Shown piece after piece: positions 1-11,820 of a DNA stretch of 64,000 nt; positions within the stretch are counted from its first letter, which is position 1; the number at the start of each line of letters is the position of its first letter. A program made the position numbers and the translations under genes. This DNA comes from Hemiscyllium ocellatum (taxonomy: Eukaryota), in NCBI RefSeq assembly GCF_020745735.1, contig NC_083401.1, positions 44,017,740-44,081,739 of the forward strand, given 5' to 3'. The notes under the pieces are model-generated. The model searched no databases. It was not told the DNA's origin and was given only the letters and a program-made list of their open reading frames with translations.

Positions 1-450
1 TATCCGAACCTGATCTAGTCCCATTTTCCAGCACTTTGCCCATATCCCTCCAAACCCATCCAGATTCTTTTAAATGTCTTAGTTGTAAGACTAGCAAGTC
101 TCCACCACTTCTGGCAGCTCATTCCATACATGCACCACCCTCTGCGTGAAAAGGTTGCCCCGTAGGTCTCTTTTATGTCTTTACCCACTCACCCTACATC
201 TATGCCCTCTAGCTCTGGACTCCCCCAATCCAGGGAAAAGGTCTTGTCTATTCACCCACAGCATCCAACGCTCCAGGGAAAACAGCCCCAGCCTATTCAG
301 CCTCACCCTATTGCGCAAATCCTCCAACCCTGGCAACATTCTTGTAAATCTTTTCTGAACCCTTTCAAGTTTCATAATATCCTTCAAATAAGAAGTAGAC
401 CAGAATTGCACACAATATTTCAAAAGATGCCTAACAAACGTCTGTACATC
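1..450 (-). mobile_element. CR1 (HER1-like) LINE 3' fragment
   Basis: Minus ORF 181-423 YCVQFWS..LERVQKRFTRMLPGL..LNRLGLFSLE is the CR1 ORF2 C-terminus; CR1 3'UTR motif GGGACTAGAT near position 15. Confidence 0.9.
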
Positions 451-1374
451 TCAGATTTAAAATTAGCAACTGATCCTGCAACCATTACCTTTAATGGTCT
501 GCCCTAATTCTAGACTATGCCCCCTAGTTCTAGAATTCTCAAATAGTGGAAGTAGTTTATCTTTCTCTATCCTGTCTTTTCCTGTTAATATCTTGAAGAT
601 TGAACACCCATTAATCTTCTAAATTACGTAATTGTGCCTCTTAACACAACCCCTGAAGTCCAGAATCATTCTAGTCAACCTAAATGTACTCCCTCCAAGT
701 ACAATGTATTCTTCTTAAGGTGTGGTGCCAAGATCTGTTCACAGTGCTCCAAGTGGGGTCGAACAGGATTTTGTAAAACTGAATGCATTCTTGTATTCCA
801 GACATCTAGATATAAAGACCAATATTCCACTAGCTTTCTTAATTATTATCTTCACCTGTTTGCGACTTTTTACAGATCTATGCACCTCAACCCTCAAGTC
901 TCATTGGACATCCATTGAATTTAACTTCATACCATCTAGAAAGTATCTGGCTGTATCCTTTTTGCAGTCCTAAATGGACAACCTAACACTTGCTTACATT
1001 GAAATCAATCTGCCACAGTTTTACTCATTCAGCTAGTCTATCAAATTTGTTGTAATTTAATGCTATTATCTGTACTGTTTACAATGCTGTGTAACTTTGT
1101 GTCATCAGCAAATTTGGATATATGACTTTCTATTATCTGAGTCTTTAACAAACAACGTGAATAACTGAGGTCCTTGAGGAATATCACTTGTCACATTTTG
1201 TCAGTTCGAGTACCATTATCCCTACTTTCTGTTGTCTGCCATTCAACCAATTTGCCAGCCCTGTTAATAATTTGTCCTCAATTCCATGGGCTTCTATCTC
1301 AGTTAACAGTCTCTTACGCAGGATTTTACAAAATGCCTTCTGGAAGTCCAAATAAACAACATCCATAATCATCC

Positions 1375-1555
1375 AAAAATAGAAGTTGCTAGAAAAGGTC
1401 AGCAGCTCTGGCAGCATCTGTGAAGAGAAATTAGAGTTAACATTTCGGCTCCGATGAACCTTCTTCAGAATATTTCTGAGGAAGGTTCACCAGACCAGAA
1501 ATGTTTTTGTTTCTGATTTACAATATCCACAGTTCTTTAGGGATTTTTTTTTTGT
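1375..1555. mobile_element. PLE-terminus mini-element, family B (fold-back, hammerhead core)
   Basis: GCTAGAAAAGGTCAGCAGCTCTGGCAGCATCTGTG motif; minus 1436-1471 reads UU-CUGAAGA-A-GGUUC-AUCG-GAGCC-GAAAUGUU-AAC; inverted copy around 1474-1505. Confidence 0.7.
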
Positions 1556-2251
1556 TTATAAACATTCCCCTGTCTACTACTTTAGTCATCTCTTCAAAAA
1601 GTTCAAGGAGGTTTGTCAGGCATGACCTTTGTGTCATGACCATAGTGGCTTACCCTGGTTAACTGAAAGTTTTCAAGGTGTTCAGTTACCCATCCATGAT
1701 TATAGGCTCCAACAATTTCCCCATCACAGATGTTGGGCTAACTGGTCTGTGATCCCCTGTTTTTTTCTGTTTCGCCCTTCTTAAAAAGTGGAGTGACATG
1801 TGCAATTTCCAATCCAGAGGGACAACTCTTGTATCAACATCTTGTATGGAGTTTACAAAATGCCCTTTACTTTCTTCAACACACTTGGTGGAAACTGTCA
1901 GGTCTGAGGGATCTGCCATTCCTTAATTCCATTAATTTCCTCATTACTGATGCTTTACTTACATTAATTTTATTCAGTTACTGTTCCAGACCCAGTAATA
2001 ATTTCCTTAGGGCTTCCGCAATCTATTCCCCTTTTCTACTGTAAATTCTGAGGCAAAGTCATTATTCAAGATGGTTGCCATTTTCCTGCAATTATTGACA
2101 GTATCCCCACTATCAGTGTCTAGTCGGTCAATATTGCTCCTGACCACTTACTTTCCCTTTATGTCACTATAAAATATTTTCTTATTAACTTTGATTGCCC
2201 TGACAAGTTTCCTTTCAGAATCCTTTTTAGTAGTTCTTATATGCTGCTTTG

Positions 2252-2470
2252 ATTTTGATTCAAGCTTTATTGTCACATGTACTCAAGTGTACAGAAGTAT
2301 AGGAGTACAGTGAAAAGTGTACAATGTTGCCACACATAATGCCAGCTTAGGTACAAAGGTCATAGAAACCTAGAAACAAAACTTAGATACAAGTAGTACC
2401 ATAGAGAAATAAAGTTAAAGTACTGTTCTTAATACAGAACATTAAAAAAGTTTAAAAGTTAACATTACAG
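2252..2470 (-). mobile_element. Short element with a Rex1-type 3' tail
   Basis: Reverse complement ends TTTTCACTGTAC..TACATGTGACAATAAA, like the Rex1 3' end at 48890-48925; related copy at 7960-8140. Confidence 0.6.
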
Positions 2471-3149
2471 TGTGGCCCTTTACTGATCTTTGTACCTTTC
2501 CCATTCAACAGGATCTGTACAGTTCGATTGCATTTTTGTAAGCCATGTCTGTTAATTTTATACTGTTCCTTATCTCTTTAGTTGTCCTTGGCTGTTTTTA
2601 CTTTCTCAGTGAAGTTGAACTTTTCCCTCTCAGAGGTGTAAACTGGTTCAGTATTGCATCAAATGTTTTTGTTTAAACCACCCTCCAATGTTCTTCAATG
2701 TTTTACCCATTCGCAGATATTTCCAGTTTACGGTGGACAGTCTCTTTCTCATCTCATTAACGTTAGCCTTACCTAAATCTAAAAGTCTAAGAGCTAATTC
2801 ACGCCTTTTGCTTGAAAACACTACATTATTATGTAGTGAACCGTATTATGATCACTATTGATAAATGCACAATTAGATTACTAATTAAATCCAGCTCAGT
2901 ACTCATTACTAAACCTAACATTGTTTGTTCCATTGTTGCATCCAGGACTTATTGTTGTAACTTGGCAATTTTTAAAAAGTACTTGGACGTGCGCTTAAAA
3001 TGTCATGATATTTGAGGCTTTGTGCCCAGTGCGGGCAAGAGGAACGAATGTAGGTTTAATATGTTTTAGGTAGTACAGACTCAATGGGCTGAAGAGCCTC
3101 CTCTGTAATGTATGATGCTATACTTTTATGAAATATCCAGGGTGTGGTC

Positions 3150-3670
3150 AATCCAAATTTTAAGTCGGATTCAAAATACCATTTTACCATGAAATATTTC
3201 AAAGATTGTAATAGAGTATGCAAAACTAAGCATGAAACAGAAGATTCAGAAGAGGGTAGTATGGATCAAAGAGAATACATTATGTTGGTCACAAAACTGA
3301 ATGTGAAGGTGGCAGAATCTTCCAATTGTGCTGCATTTGACACTGGATGCACCGTGTAGAATAGACTGGTTAAAATGCTATCCAGCATCTCTGAGTAATA
3401 AGGATCAGAACAAAGTTAAGGAATTTGGTAGTTCCATCAGTAACCGACAAAAAATTTTTAAAAAGTAATATGTTCTTGGAAAATATCTGGAATCAATCAT
3501 TTTATGAGCACGGATGCAGTATCCAATGAAACACCTGCATAACAAAATGGATTATTGATGTAAAAAGTGCAGATGAAACTAGATCATGAAAACAACAAAA
3601 CTATTGCATTCAGAAAATGTGTGAAATTGTAATTTACATGTATAGAAACTACTGTAAACTTTTAAAGGAA
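3150..3670 (+). mobile_element. Degraded LTR-retrotransposon gag zinc knuckle / aspartic protease relic
   Basis: Frameshifted translation: FKSDSKYHF ... VAESSNCAAFDTGCT / CRIDWLKCYPASLSNKDQNKVKEFGSS / KISGINHFMSTDAVSNETP / VQMKLDHENNKTIAFRKCVKL; DTG protease motif. Confidence 0.65.
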
Positions 3671-4359
3671 CATAACTTCTCCACTAAAGAAATTAGAGAA
3701 ACATCTTTTCTGTAGATACTCTATGGCCGTGCATCACAAAGGCTCAAAACAAAGGAAGATTGGTGGCAGCAAGGTACCTCAACAACCCTTGACCAGTAAC
3801 ATATACTGGTGGTAGTAGTAATAGCAGTCAGAAACTCTCATAACGTTTAAGCAGTGTTTAGATATTCATAATCTCTAGGACAATGGGGCAAGAGCTGGAA
3901 AATGAAATTAGTGTAGTCAGATTTTTGCTTTCTAGCACCAATATGATGGGCTGAATTGCCTCCTTTAGTGCTGTAAATGTTCATGAGTCTAAGCTACCAA
4001 CAGCAGCAAATAACACACTATCTACAAGGACTTGAATCTAGAGGAATCCACCAATGGCCTTGCCAATGCCTGTTTGGCACCATGGTTCCATCAGAGCTTC
4101 TCTAGTTGGAAGATGCAATGGAAGTCTCTGACCAGCTCTCCAGCCCCTGAGCAGACCATACCTTCCTTGACAAGATTTCACCTGATGTTTAGAGGACAGT
4201 GAATCACGTGATGGAATCAAAGTCAAGAAATAAATACAGCAACAGCAGCAAAACTGTTGTGTGGATCACTTCCTTCACAGTTTTAGGCCAATGGATGACC
4301 TTGCCACCTTTTGAGGTCAATGCCCCTTGTACGTAGACAACAGCAGTGTCTTGAATGTG

Positions 4360-4520
4360 ACTTCCTACAGTTTGAAAGGAGTTGCCTGTAAAAAATCAGT
4401 TGCAGCACTGTTTTTTTTACAGCTATAGGCATAGCTGCTACTATTTGGTAATGCAGAATTGAAAGATGGCCCATCGCACAGCATAATTCCACGATGGTTT
4501 CCCTGATAAATCTGAAGCAT
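4360..4520 (-). mobile_element. PIF/Harbinger transposase N-terminal relic
   Basis: CFRFIRETIVELC..AMPIAVKKTV, then after a frameshift FFTGNSFQTVG; resembles HARBI1-family RF.RET..ELC..LPVAVKV..LNFFATGSFQ. Confidence 0.55.
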
Positions 4521-6299
4521 CATGCACATAGCTTTTTAGATAGTCATTCTAAGCCCATGCAAGCCAGTGCAAGTCAGAATCTAAATGATTCTCCTTGCTA
4601 TCCTGTCACTTTCATCACTGTCCTGAGGTAAAGCAGTCACAACTCACCCAATACGTGATATTGTTGAAATGGCCCATTCACAATTCAGTTTCTAATATTA
4701 ACAATATCTACTTTGGTCTGTTAGAATCACAAAGATCAATGAACATTATAATTAAAACCCCCAGAGACTTACTTTTCTTCCCCAAATCTGTGAGAATCTT
4801 GAGAATTGCTGGGGGTTATACATACACATTAAATAAAACAATGAGAGTGCAATTTAGAATTTAATAAGAAAGTGTGGCAAGATGTCAGTCTGTTCTAGGC
4901 CCACAGGTACAACAAATTGAGATTAGAAGAAGCTATTGCGAAAGCAGAAAGGAATTAGGATCACACAGCTCTACTTATCAAGAATGAAGCAGAGAGACAA
5001 ACAAACGCAATGATGAATGAGTTGTTTTATTTTGTCACCCACAGAACACATTGGCTTATCAACCCTCACTTACCAATTGGATTCTGCACCTAGGTGATCA
5101 ATTTGGTCAGGATTGAGGTCATATGGAGCTTCAGTGGCACTGAAAGAGAGCAAAAACAATTACCTAACTTGCACAGACTTTTATTATGACCTCAAAAAGA
5201 AGGAATGCTTGAAAAATATACATTTTCTGAGGAAAATCTGGACTGACATTTCATTTCTACATAGCAGTAATAACAATCCTGGAGTTTATGTACATATCAA
5301 ACAGGAAAACATGACATCTGTTAATACTGAAGAAATCCAATATCTAATAATTGGGAAAAAAATTGGAAGTTTCAGTTCATAGATCGTGATTCATATCCAA
5401 TGTCAATCCCAAAAGGGCACAATTAGATACAACTACAATTTCATTGAGAGTCCCCTTTAATTCCCAAGTAACTATTTGTCGTTCAGTGTTAATGGATTTA
5501 TAATAATGCTGCATATCCAACTGTATTCCATTTTGATTTTTGTGACAGAAGCAGATTTTCCAATCAATAATTTACACATGTACCACCAATCCCATCCCAC
5601 ACAGAACATTCATGCCCACAGAAATAAATTTTGTCAAATGTTAATTTCTGTTCAATAAAAATGAATTGTGCAGAAAGCCTTTAATCATTTACATCAAAGG
5701 GCCTGAAGGTAATTACTTTAGTCGTTGCTGTTCAGAATTTTCATTTAAGTATGGCTTTCCTTCAGTGGATCTCCATTTTAATCTGATTTTAACTGTGTTA
5801 GTGAACGGATTTTGAGTGAGTTAAATCTTGCTGTTAGTTGCAGAACTGAGCTGGCGATGTGGTTCACTGCACGGACAAGTGATAATCATAAGTCAGTTTT
5901 CAAGTTCTTACAAGGAATCGAAGCAAGTAGGTTTGACAGTACAGAGAAGGAGGTAAGGATATGATGGAACAGTTACAGAATCGAACCAAAGAAGTTTTTG
6001 GTTGAGGTCATGAGATAATACCCAGTAAATCTGAATTGAGAGTATACCACAACCACCGAATAAAGGCTAAGTAAACAGGAAACACAGATAAATTATCTGT
6101 GATACAATTTAATCTAGTTGTTTGAATAGAAATGTTAAGATGAAGTTCAATGAAAATGGTTTACTGCGATGTTAAAGTGGGAACTAACTAAAACGATCAA
6201 ATCATTAATGCAGTTGCTGTTGATTACTTTTAACTTGGTTATAAATTTTCACCATCAAAGTCTTCATAACAAACTAGTGTACTCAGTTTAGGTTCAAAG

Positions 6300-6530
6300 A
6301 AACATTGAATTTAAGAACAGGAATAGGCCATTCCGCCCTTCGAGCTTTCATCACTATTCACTCTGATCGTGGTTGATCGTCCAACTCTGTACCCTGTTCT
6401 TGTTTTCTCTCCACACACTCTGATCCCTTTAGCCTTAAGAGTGATATCTACCTTCTTCTTGAAAACATTCAACGTTTTGGTCTCAACTGCTTTCTGTGGC
6501 AGAGAATTCCACAGGCTCACCATTCTTGGA
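6300..6530 (-). mobile_element. CR1 LINE 3' end
   Basis: RMVSLWNSLPQKAVETKTLNVFKKKVD (ORF 6311-6583). Confidence 0.85.
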
Positions 6531-7385
6531 TTCACAGTCACCATCACTGAATCTCCCAATGTCAACATTCTGAAGATTACCATTGTCCAGAAACTGCACT
6601 AAACTAGCCGTAAAAATACTGTGGCTACAAAAACAGCTCAGAGGCCAGGAATCCTACGTAAGTAACTCCCTTCCTGACACCATCTAAAGGACACAAGACA
6701 GGAATGTTATTGAATACTCCTCACATGCCTGGATTAATTCAGTTCCAATAACATTCAGAATCTTAATAAAATCCAGGACAATGCATCCCGTTTAATTTGT
6801 ACCACATCTATAACCATTCATTTTCTCCATCACTCTTGCTCGGTAGCAGCAGTGGGTACCACCTATGAGATACACTGCAAAAACTTGCAAAGGCTGTTTA
6901 CAGAACACCTTCCAAACCCAAAAACCCATACCGCCTTAAGAGGACAAGGGCAGCAAATCAACAGTACAGCACACCTGCATGTTCCCCTCCAAGCTACCCA
7001 CCAAACTGACTTGGAAATATATTAGGCAAAAGTGAGGACTGCAGATGCTGGAGATAAAAGTCTAGATTAGAGTGGTGCTGGAAAAGCGCAGCAGGTCAGG
7101 CAGCATCCCAGGAGCAGGAAAATCAACATTTTGGGCAAAAGCCCTTCATCAGGAAACTTCCTACTCCTCGGATGCTGCCTGACCTGCTGTGCTCTTGGAA
7201 ACATATTACCATCCCTTCAGTGATACTTGGTCAAGATCCTGGAACTCCCTCCCTAAAAGTGTTGTGAGTCAACCTACACCAAGTGGACTTCAGCAGTTCA
7301 AGAAGAGAGCTCACCATCACCTTCTTACTGGTGACTAGCGATAGGCAATGAATGCTTGCCCCAAGCCACATCTCATGAGTAAATT
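6531..7385 (+). mobile_element. CR1-clade LINE 3' fragment (second family), split by an insertion at 7025-7193
   Basis: Decayed EYSS.AWINSVPITFR.LNKIQDNASRLI; homologous to MMEYSPLTWIGAAPTTLKKLDIIQDKA at 22855-23052. Confidence 0.7.
7025..7193. mobile_element. PLE-terminus mini-element, family A
   Basis: GCTGGAAAAGC.CAGCAGGTCAGGCAGCATCC core with a partial inverted arm; 15-bp TSD 7010-7024 / 7194-7208 (1 mismatch). Confidence 0.8.
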
Positions 7386-7389
7386 ATTG

Positions 7390-7910
7390 AATCAGAATCA
7401 TACCCCACGGAAACAGACTCTGCAATTCAACTCGTCTATGCTGACCAGATATCCTAAATTAATCTAGTCCCATTTTTCAGCATTTGACCCATTTCCTTCT
7501 AAACTCTTCTTGTTCATATACCCATTCAGATGCTTTTTAAATGTTGTAATTGTACGAGCCTCAACCATTTCCTCTGACAGTTTATTCTGTACACTCACCA
7601 CCCTCTGCATGAAAAAGTTACCCCTTTCGTCCCTTTTATATTTTTCCCCTCCCACCCTAAACCTATGCCCTCTAGTTCTGGACTCTCCCATCCTGGGGAA
7701 AAGACCTTGGTTATTCACCCTAACCCTGCCTCCTGCTGTTATAAAGCTCTATAAGGTGACCTGTCAGCCTCTGATGTTCCAGGGAAAACAGCCCCAGCCC
7801 ATTCAGCTTCTCCCTATAGCTCAAATCCTCCAACCCTGGCAACAGAACTCCTTGTAAATAGAGTCATAGCAAATCTTTTCTAAATGCTTTCAAGTTTAAT
7901 AACATTGTTC
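7390..7910 (-). mobile_element. CR1 LINE 3' end
   Basis: GLFPRMGESRTRGHRFRVGGE..FFMQRVVSVQNKL..KWD (7464-7718). Confidence 0.9.
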
Positions 7911-7959
7911 TTGGAAGAAAGTGAAGGGTCCCTTATTGAATCCTGTGACTGTTGCTAGA

Positions 7960-8140
7960 ATAGAATATCCGTTATTGTCACATGTTCTCTAGGACAGGAA
8001 TACAGTGAAAAGGTTTTACAATAGCTGCATTTAATGGCGCCATCTTAGGTACAAGTATCTAGATACAGATGTTGGATACAAAAGAGGAATAAAAGAAAAT
8101 GTAGTGGTATTATTTTCATTGTCTAAAAACAAAGTTAGTT
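7960..8140 (-). mobile_element. Short element with a Rex1-type 3' tail
   Basis: TATTGTCACATGT..TACAGTGAAAAG..GCCATCTTAGGTACAA, shared with 2252-2470. Confidence 0.55.
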
Positions 8141-8244
8141 CCTTTGTCAGTAAGAGTCACTGGAACCTGAAACGTTAACTCTGATTTCTCTTCACAGATG
8201 GTGCTGGACCTGCTGAGCTTTTCCAGCAATTTCTGTTTTTGTCC

Positions 8245-8735
8245 TTGGTATCAACATGGACGACAACAAATGGATCCCTTTTCTCTCACTCCAAGATCCT
8301 CTCTAGACCTGAAGCAATGTCTCTAACCCTTGCACCAAGCCAGTAACACAACTTTTAGGATCCACACTCATGACTACAATGAACAGTATCCATCCCCAAT
8401 ATTACTATCCCCTGCCATTTTCACATTCCTCTGCAAGGGCCACATAATGTTTGGACATTTGCAGGCTCCTCAAAAGCTATCCCTTGGAGTCCCCATGCCT
8501 GTCTTACCTGCACTCACGTGCTCCCATCCATGAACACAGACCAATTTTGAATGACCATATCATTGCCTCAAGGAGCAAAAGTAACTCCTTAATGTGGCAC
8601 AACATCCAGCTCCTCTACTCAAATCTGAACTTGTTCAAGTTACAAACTCTTGCTGGAGATGTGTGCATTCTGGATCATTTTGGTATCCCAGAACTCCCAC
8701 ATCCTGCAGAAACAACATACGACCCACCTGCTGTC
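8245..8735 (-). mobile_element. CR1 ORF1 relic (N-terminal zinc finger and SGNH esterase)
   Basis: Minus translation VVCFCRMWEF..LEQVQI.VEELD and GARVRDIASGLERILE..DPFVVVHVDTKD. Confidence 0.7.
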
Positions 8736-8943
8736 TCTGTCATATTTGATTTAATCATTAAGGAATCATTATAATATCACTGCTCTTTACACTTTATTAT
8801 GCATTTTTTAAAGGCAGTATCCCAGTAGCAAGCCTATAACTAGCAAGATATTTTTAAAGTAATGAAGGAACAAGGTCAGAATCTTAAAATGATCTGAGTG
8901 ACATACAAGGCAGGGGAATACATGAAGAATGATAGAATCCTCT

Positions 8944-9008
8944 GTGTGTGTGTATGCATGTGAGTATGTGCGTGTGTGTATGTGTCTGTGTATGTCTGTG
9001 TGTGCATG
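8944..9008. repeat. Degenerate (TG)n microsatellite
   Basis: tgtgtgtgtgtatgcatgtgagtatgtgcgtgtgtg... Confidence 0.9.
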
Positions 9009-9064
9009 TACAGGACAGGTGGGTAATGTGGTTAAGAAAGTATATGGTATACTCGTCTTTATTA

Positions 9065-9301
9065 AAGGGTAAAAAATGAGGTCTGCAGATGCTGGAGATC
9101 ACAGTTGAAAATATGTTGCTGGTTAAAGCACAGCAGGTCAGGCAGCATCCAAGGAATAGGAAATTCGACGTTTCGGGCATAAGCCCTTCATCAAGAATGA
9201 GGGCTTATTCCTGATGAAGGGCTTATGCCCGAAACGCCGAATTTCCTATTCCTTGGATGCTGCCTGACCTGCTGTGCTTTAACCAGCAACATATTTTCAA
9301 C
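9065..9301. mobile_element. Fold-back PLE mini-element, family A, with two inverted hammerhead cores
   Basis: Inverted arms of about 95 bp; perfect 15-bp TSD TACTCGTCTTTATTA (9050-9064 / 9302-9316). Confidence 0.9.
9207..9242 (+). ncRNA. Minimal type I hammerhead ribozyme motif (cleavage triplet GUC mutated to GCC)
   Basis: AUUC-CUGAUGA-A-GGGC-UUAU-GCCC-GAAAC-GCC-GAAU; the minus copy 9163-9198 has an intact GUC but UUGAUGA. Confidence 0.75.
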
Positions 9302-10672
9302 TACTCGTCTTTATTAGTCAAGTCACAGAGTTTAAGACCAGGAAGGTTCTGCATGACTGCAGAACTGTATAAAACATCAATGACGTCACAGCTAAAGTAA
9401 GCTATGCAGTTCTGGAATGCACATTACAGTAGAGGTGTGAAGGCATTGGAGAGTGTGCAGAAAGGATTTACCAGAATGTTGTCTGGGCTAGAGAGTTTCA
9501 TTTAAGTAGAGAGATTAAACAAACAGAAGTTGTTTTCCTTAGAGCTGAGGAATTAAGAAGAGACTTGACTGAGATGTATAAAATTATGAGGGGCATAGAC
9601 AGGAAGAAATCTTTCACCTTGACGGAGGGATCAATAATCAGGTCATGGATTTAAGGTAAGGTGCAGAATTTTAAAGGAGATGTAATGAAACATAGTATTC
9701 CATCTTAGGCCTAACCAATGTTTTATAAATGTATAACAAAACTTACTTGCTCCTATATTCTACACTCTAGCTAATGAAACATTCTTCAACACGCTGTGTG
9801 CCTGTGCAGACACCTTCAGGGATCTATGGACTTGCACACCAAGTTCCTTTGTTACTCAGTACTTTCTAGGAACTTACCATTCATTGTGTATATCCTTCCC
9901 TTATTAGACCTCCTAAAATGCTTCACCTTGTACTTATTGGGATTAATTTCTAACTGCTTTTGCTATGTTCAATTTGTCAGCTGATCAATATCAGACTGGA
10001 ACCTGAGACCATCCTCCTCACTATCAACAATGAGCACTGATTTTCATGTCATCTGCAGACCTACAAATTATACCTTTAGCTTTCACATCCAATTTGTTAT
10101 TTAAAAAACAAATAGCAAAGGTCCCAACCACAAACCCTGTGGTACATCACTGCTCACAGGCTTCCAATTATAAAAACAATCCACCACGATCACTCTTTGC
10201 ATCCTAATTTGGATCCAGTTTGCCAACCAGCCTGTGGGCTCTTATCATTTATAAACCACATCAACTGCACTATCCTCATGAATATATTTATTTTCAAAAA
10301 TTTCAAGAAATTAGTCAGACAGGATCTTCCACTAACAAATCAGTGACTGTCACTGATCAATCTCTATCATTCGAAGTGTTGATTAATCCTGTCCTTCAGA
10401 TTTTCTTCCAATAACTTCTCAGCCATTAACATTAGATTAACTGGGTTCTAAGGACTTGGCCGATCCCTGCTGCCCTCTTGAACAAAGAAACTACATTAAC
10501 TATCCTCCAGTCATCTGGAACTTCCCCTGAGGCCAGCCAAGTATTAAATATCCACCAAGGTCTAGCAATCTCCTCCCTTGCCTTCAATGCAGCGTGGGAT
10601 ACATCTCATCAGGCCCTTGGGATATTTGCATCTGTAGATCTGCTAAAACCTTTTGATATCTCCCCCTTATTA

Positions 10673-10984
10673 GATTAGATTACTTACAGTGTGGAAACAG
10701 GCCCTTCAGCCCAATAAATCCACACTGACCCGCCGAAGTGCACCCACCCAGACCCATTCCCCTACATTTACTCCTGCAGCTAACACTACGGGCAATTCAG
10801 CATGGCCAATTCACCTAACCTGCACATTTTTGGACTGTGGGACGAAACTGGAGCACCCGGAGGAAACCCATGCAGACACGGGGAGAACGTGCAAACTCCA
10901 CACAGTCAGTCAGTCGCCTGAGGTGGGAATTGAACCAGAGTCTCTGGCGCTGTGAGGCAACAGTGCTAACCACTGTGCCGCCCA
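10673..10984 (-). mobile_element. HE1-type V-SINE (tRNA-derived), full length
   Basis: A box GGCACAGTGGTTAG, B box GGTTCAATTCCC, V-domain GTGTGGAGTTTGCAC..GGGTTTCCTCCGGGTGCTCC, (TAATC)n tail; TSD CTTATTA 10666-10672 / 10985-10991. Confidence 0.9.
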
Positions 10985-11087
10985 CTTATTAATCTCGGCT
11001 TTCTGGAATCTCACTATCATAACTGAGACCTCCAGCTGCAATGTCTTTCTCCATTGTGAATTTGGGTTTTAAGTATTAAAGACATTA

Positions 11088-11820
11088 TGAATGTAATATA
11101 CAAAGTACCTTGCAAGGACTACAACAAACATTACATTGGACAAACTGGCAGGAAACTGGCCACCAGGATACAAATGCACCAACTAGTGACCAAAGGACAT
11201 GACTAATCGCTGGTATTCAATCACAGAAGAGGGACACCAGTTCGACTGGGACATTGCATCCATCCTGGGACAGACCAAACAAGGGTATGCATGGGAATTC
11301 CTAGAGGCCTGGCATTCAAACCCAAACTCCATTAACAAACATATAGATCTGGACCACATTTACCAACCCTGCAGAAATGATATCACCCACCACAACAGAC
11401 CAAGGCACACAAATAGCAAGCAGGACAGAACACTAACGCTTCACCAGAGGCTCACTGATGATGTCACCTGGTATGATTAGATTAGATTATTTACAGTGTG
11501 GAAACAGGCCCTTCGGCCCAACAAGTCCACACCGACCCGCCGAAGCGCACCCCACTCATTCCCGTACATTTACCTAACACTACGGGCAATTTAGCATGGC
11601 CAATTCACCTGACCTGCACATCTTTGGACTGTGGGAGGAAACTGTAGCACCCGGAGGAAACCCATGCAGACACGGGAAGAATGTGCAAACTCCACACAAT
11701 CAATCGCCTGAGTTCGGGAATTGAACCCAGGTCTCTGGTGCTGTGAGGCAGCAGTGCAAACCACTGCTAAAACATCTGAGAACAAATCCACTAGCTCAAT
11801 GAGAAACCGCCAACCTGACC
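11088..11820 (+). mobile_element. Penelope-like element (Poseidon-type) GIY-YIG endonuclease and 3' terminus
   Basis: NVIYKVPCKDYNKHYIGQTGRKLATRI ... EGHQFDWDIASILGQTKQGYAWEFLEAWHS; downstream CUGAUGA at 11455-11461. Confidence 0.85.
11476..11767 (-). mobile_element. HE1-type V-SINE
   Basis: Same V-domain, B box and ATTAG tail as 10673-10984. Confidence 0.9.

Larger units (their letters stand above)
451..2980 (-). mobile_element. Degraded CR1 LINE ORF2 (RT), interrupted by two short insertions
   Basis: MDVVYLDFQKAF (1184-1417) and PLDWK..RPVSPTSVMGKLLEPII (1686-1919) are CR1 RT motifs. Confidence 0.8.
9010..9690 (+). mobile_element. CR1 LINE ORF2 3' fragment
   Basis: ALESVQKGFTRMLSGLE..FSLE motif around 9440-9550. 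Confidence 0.8.
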
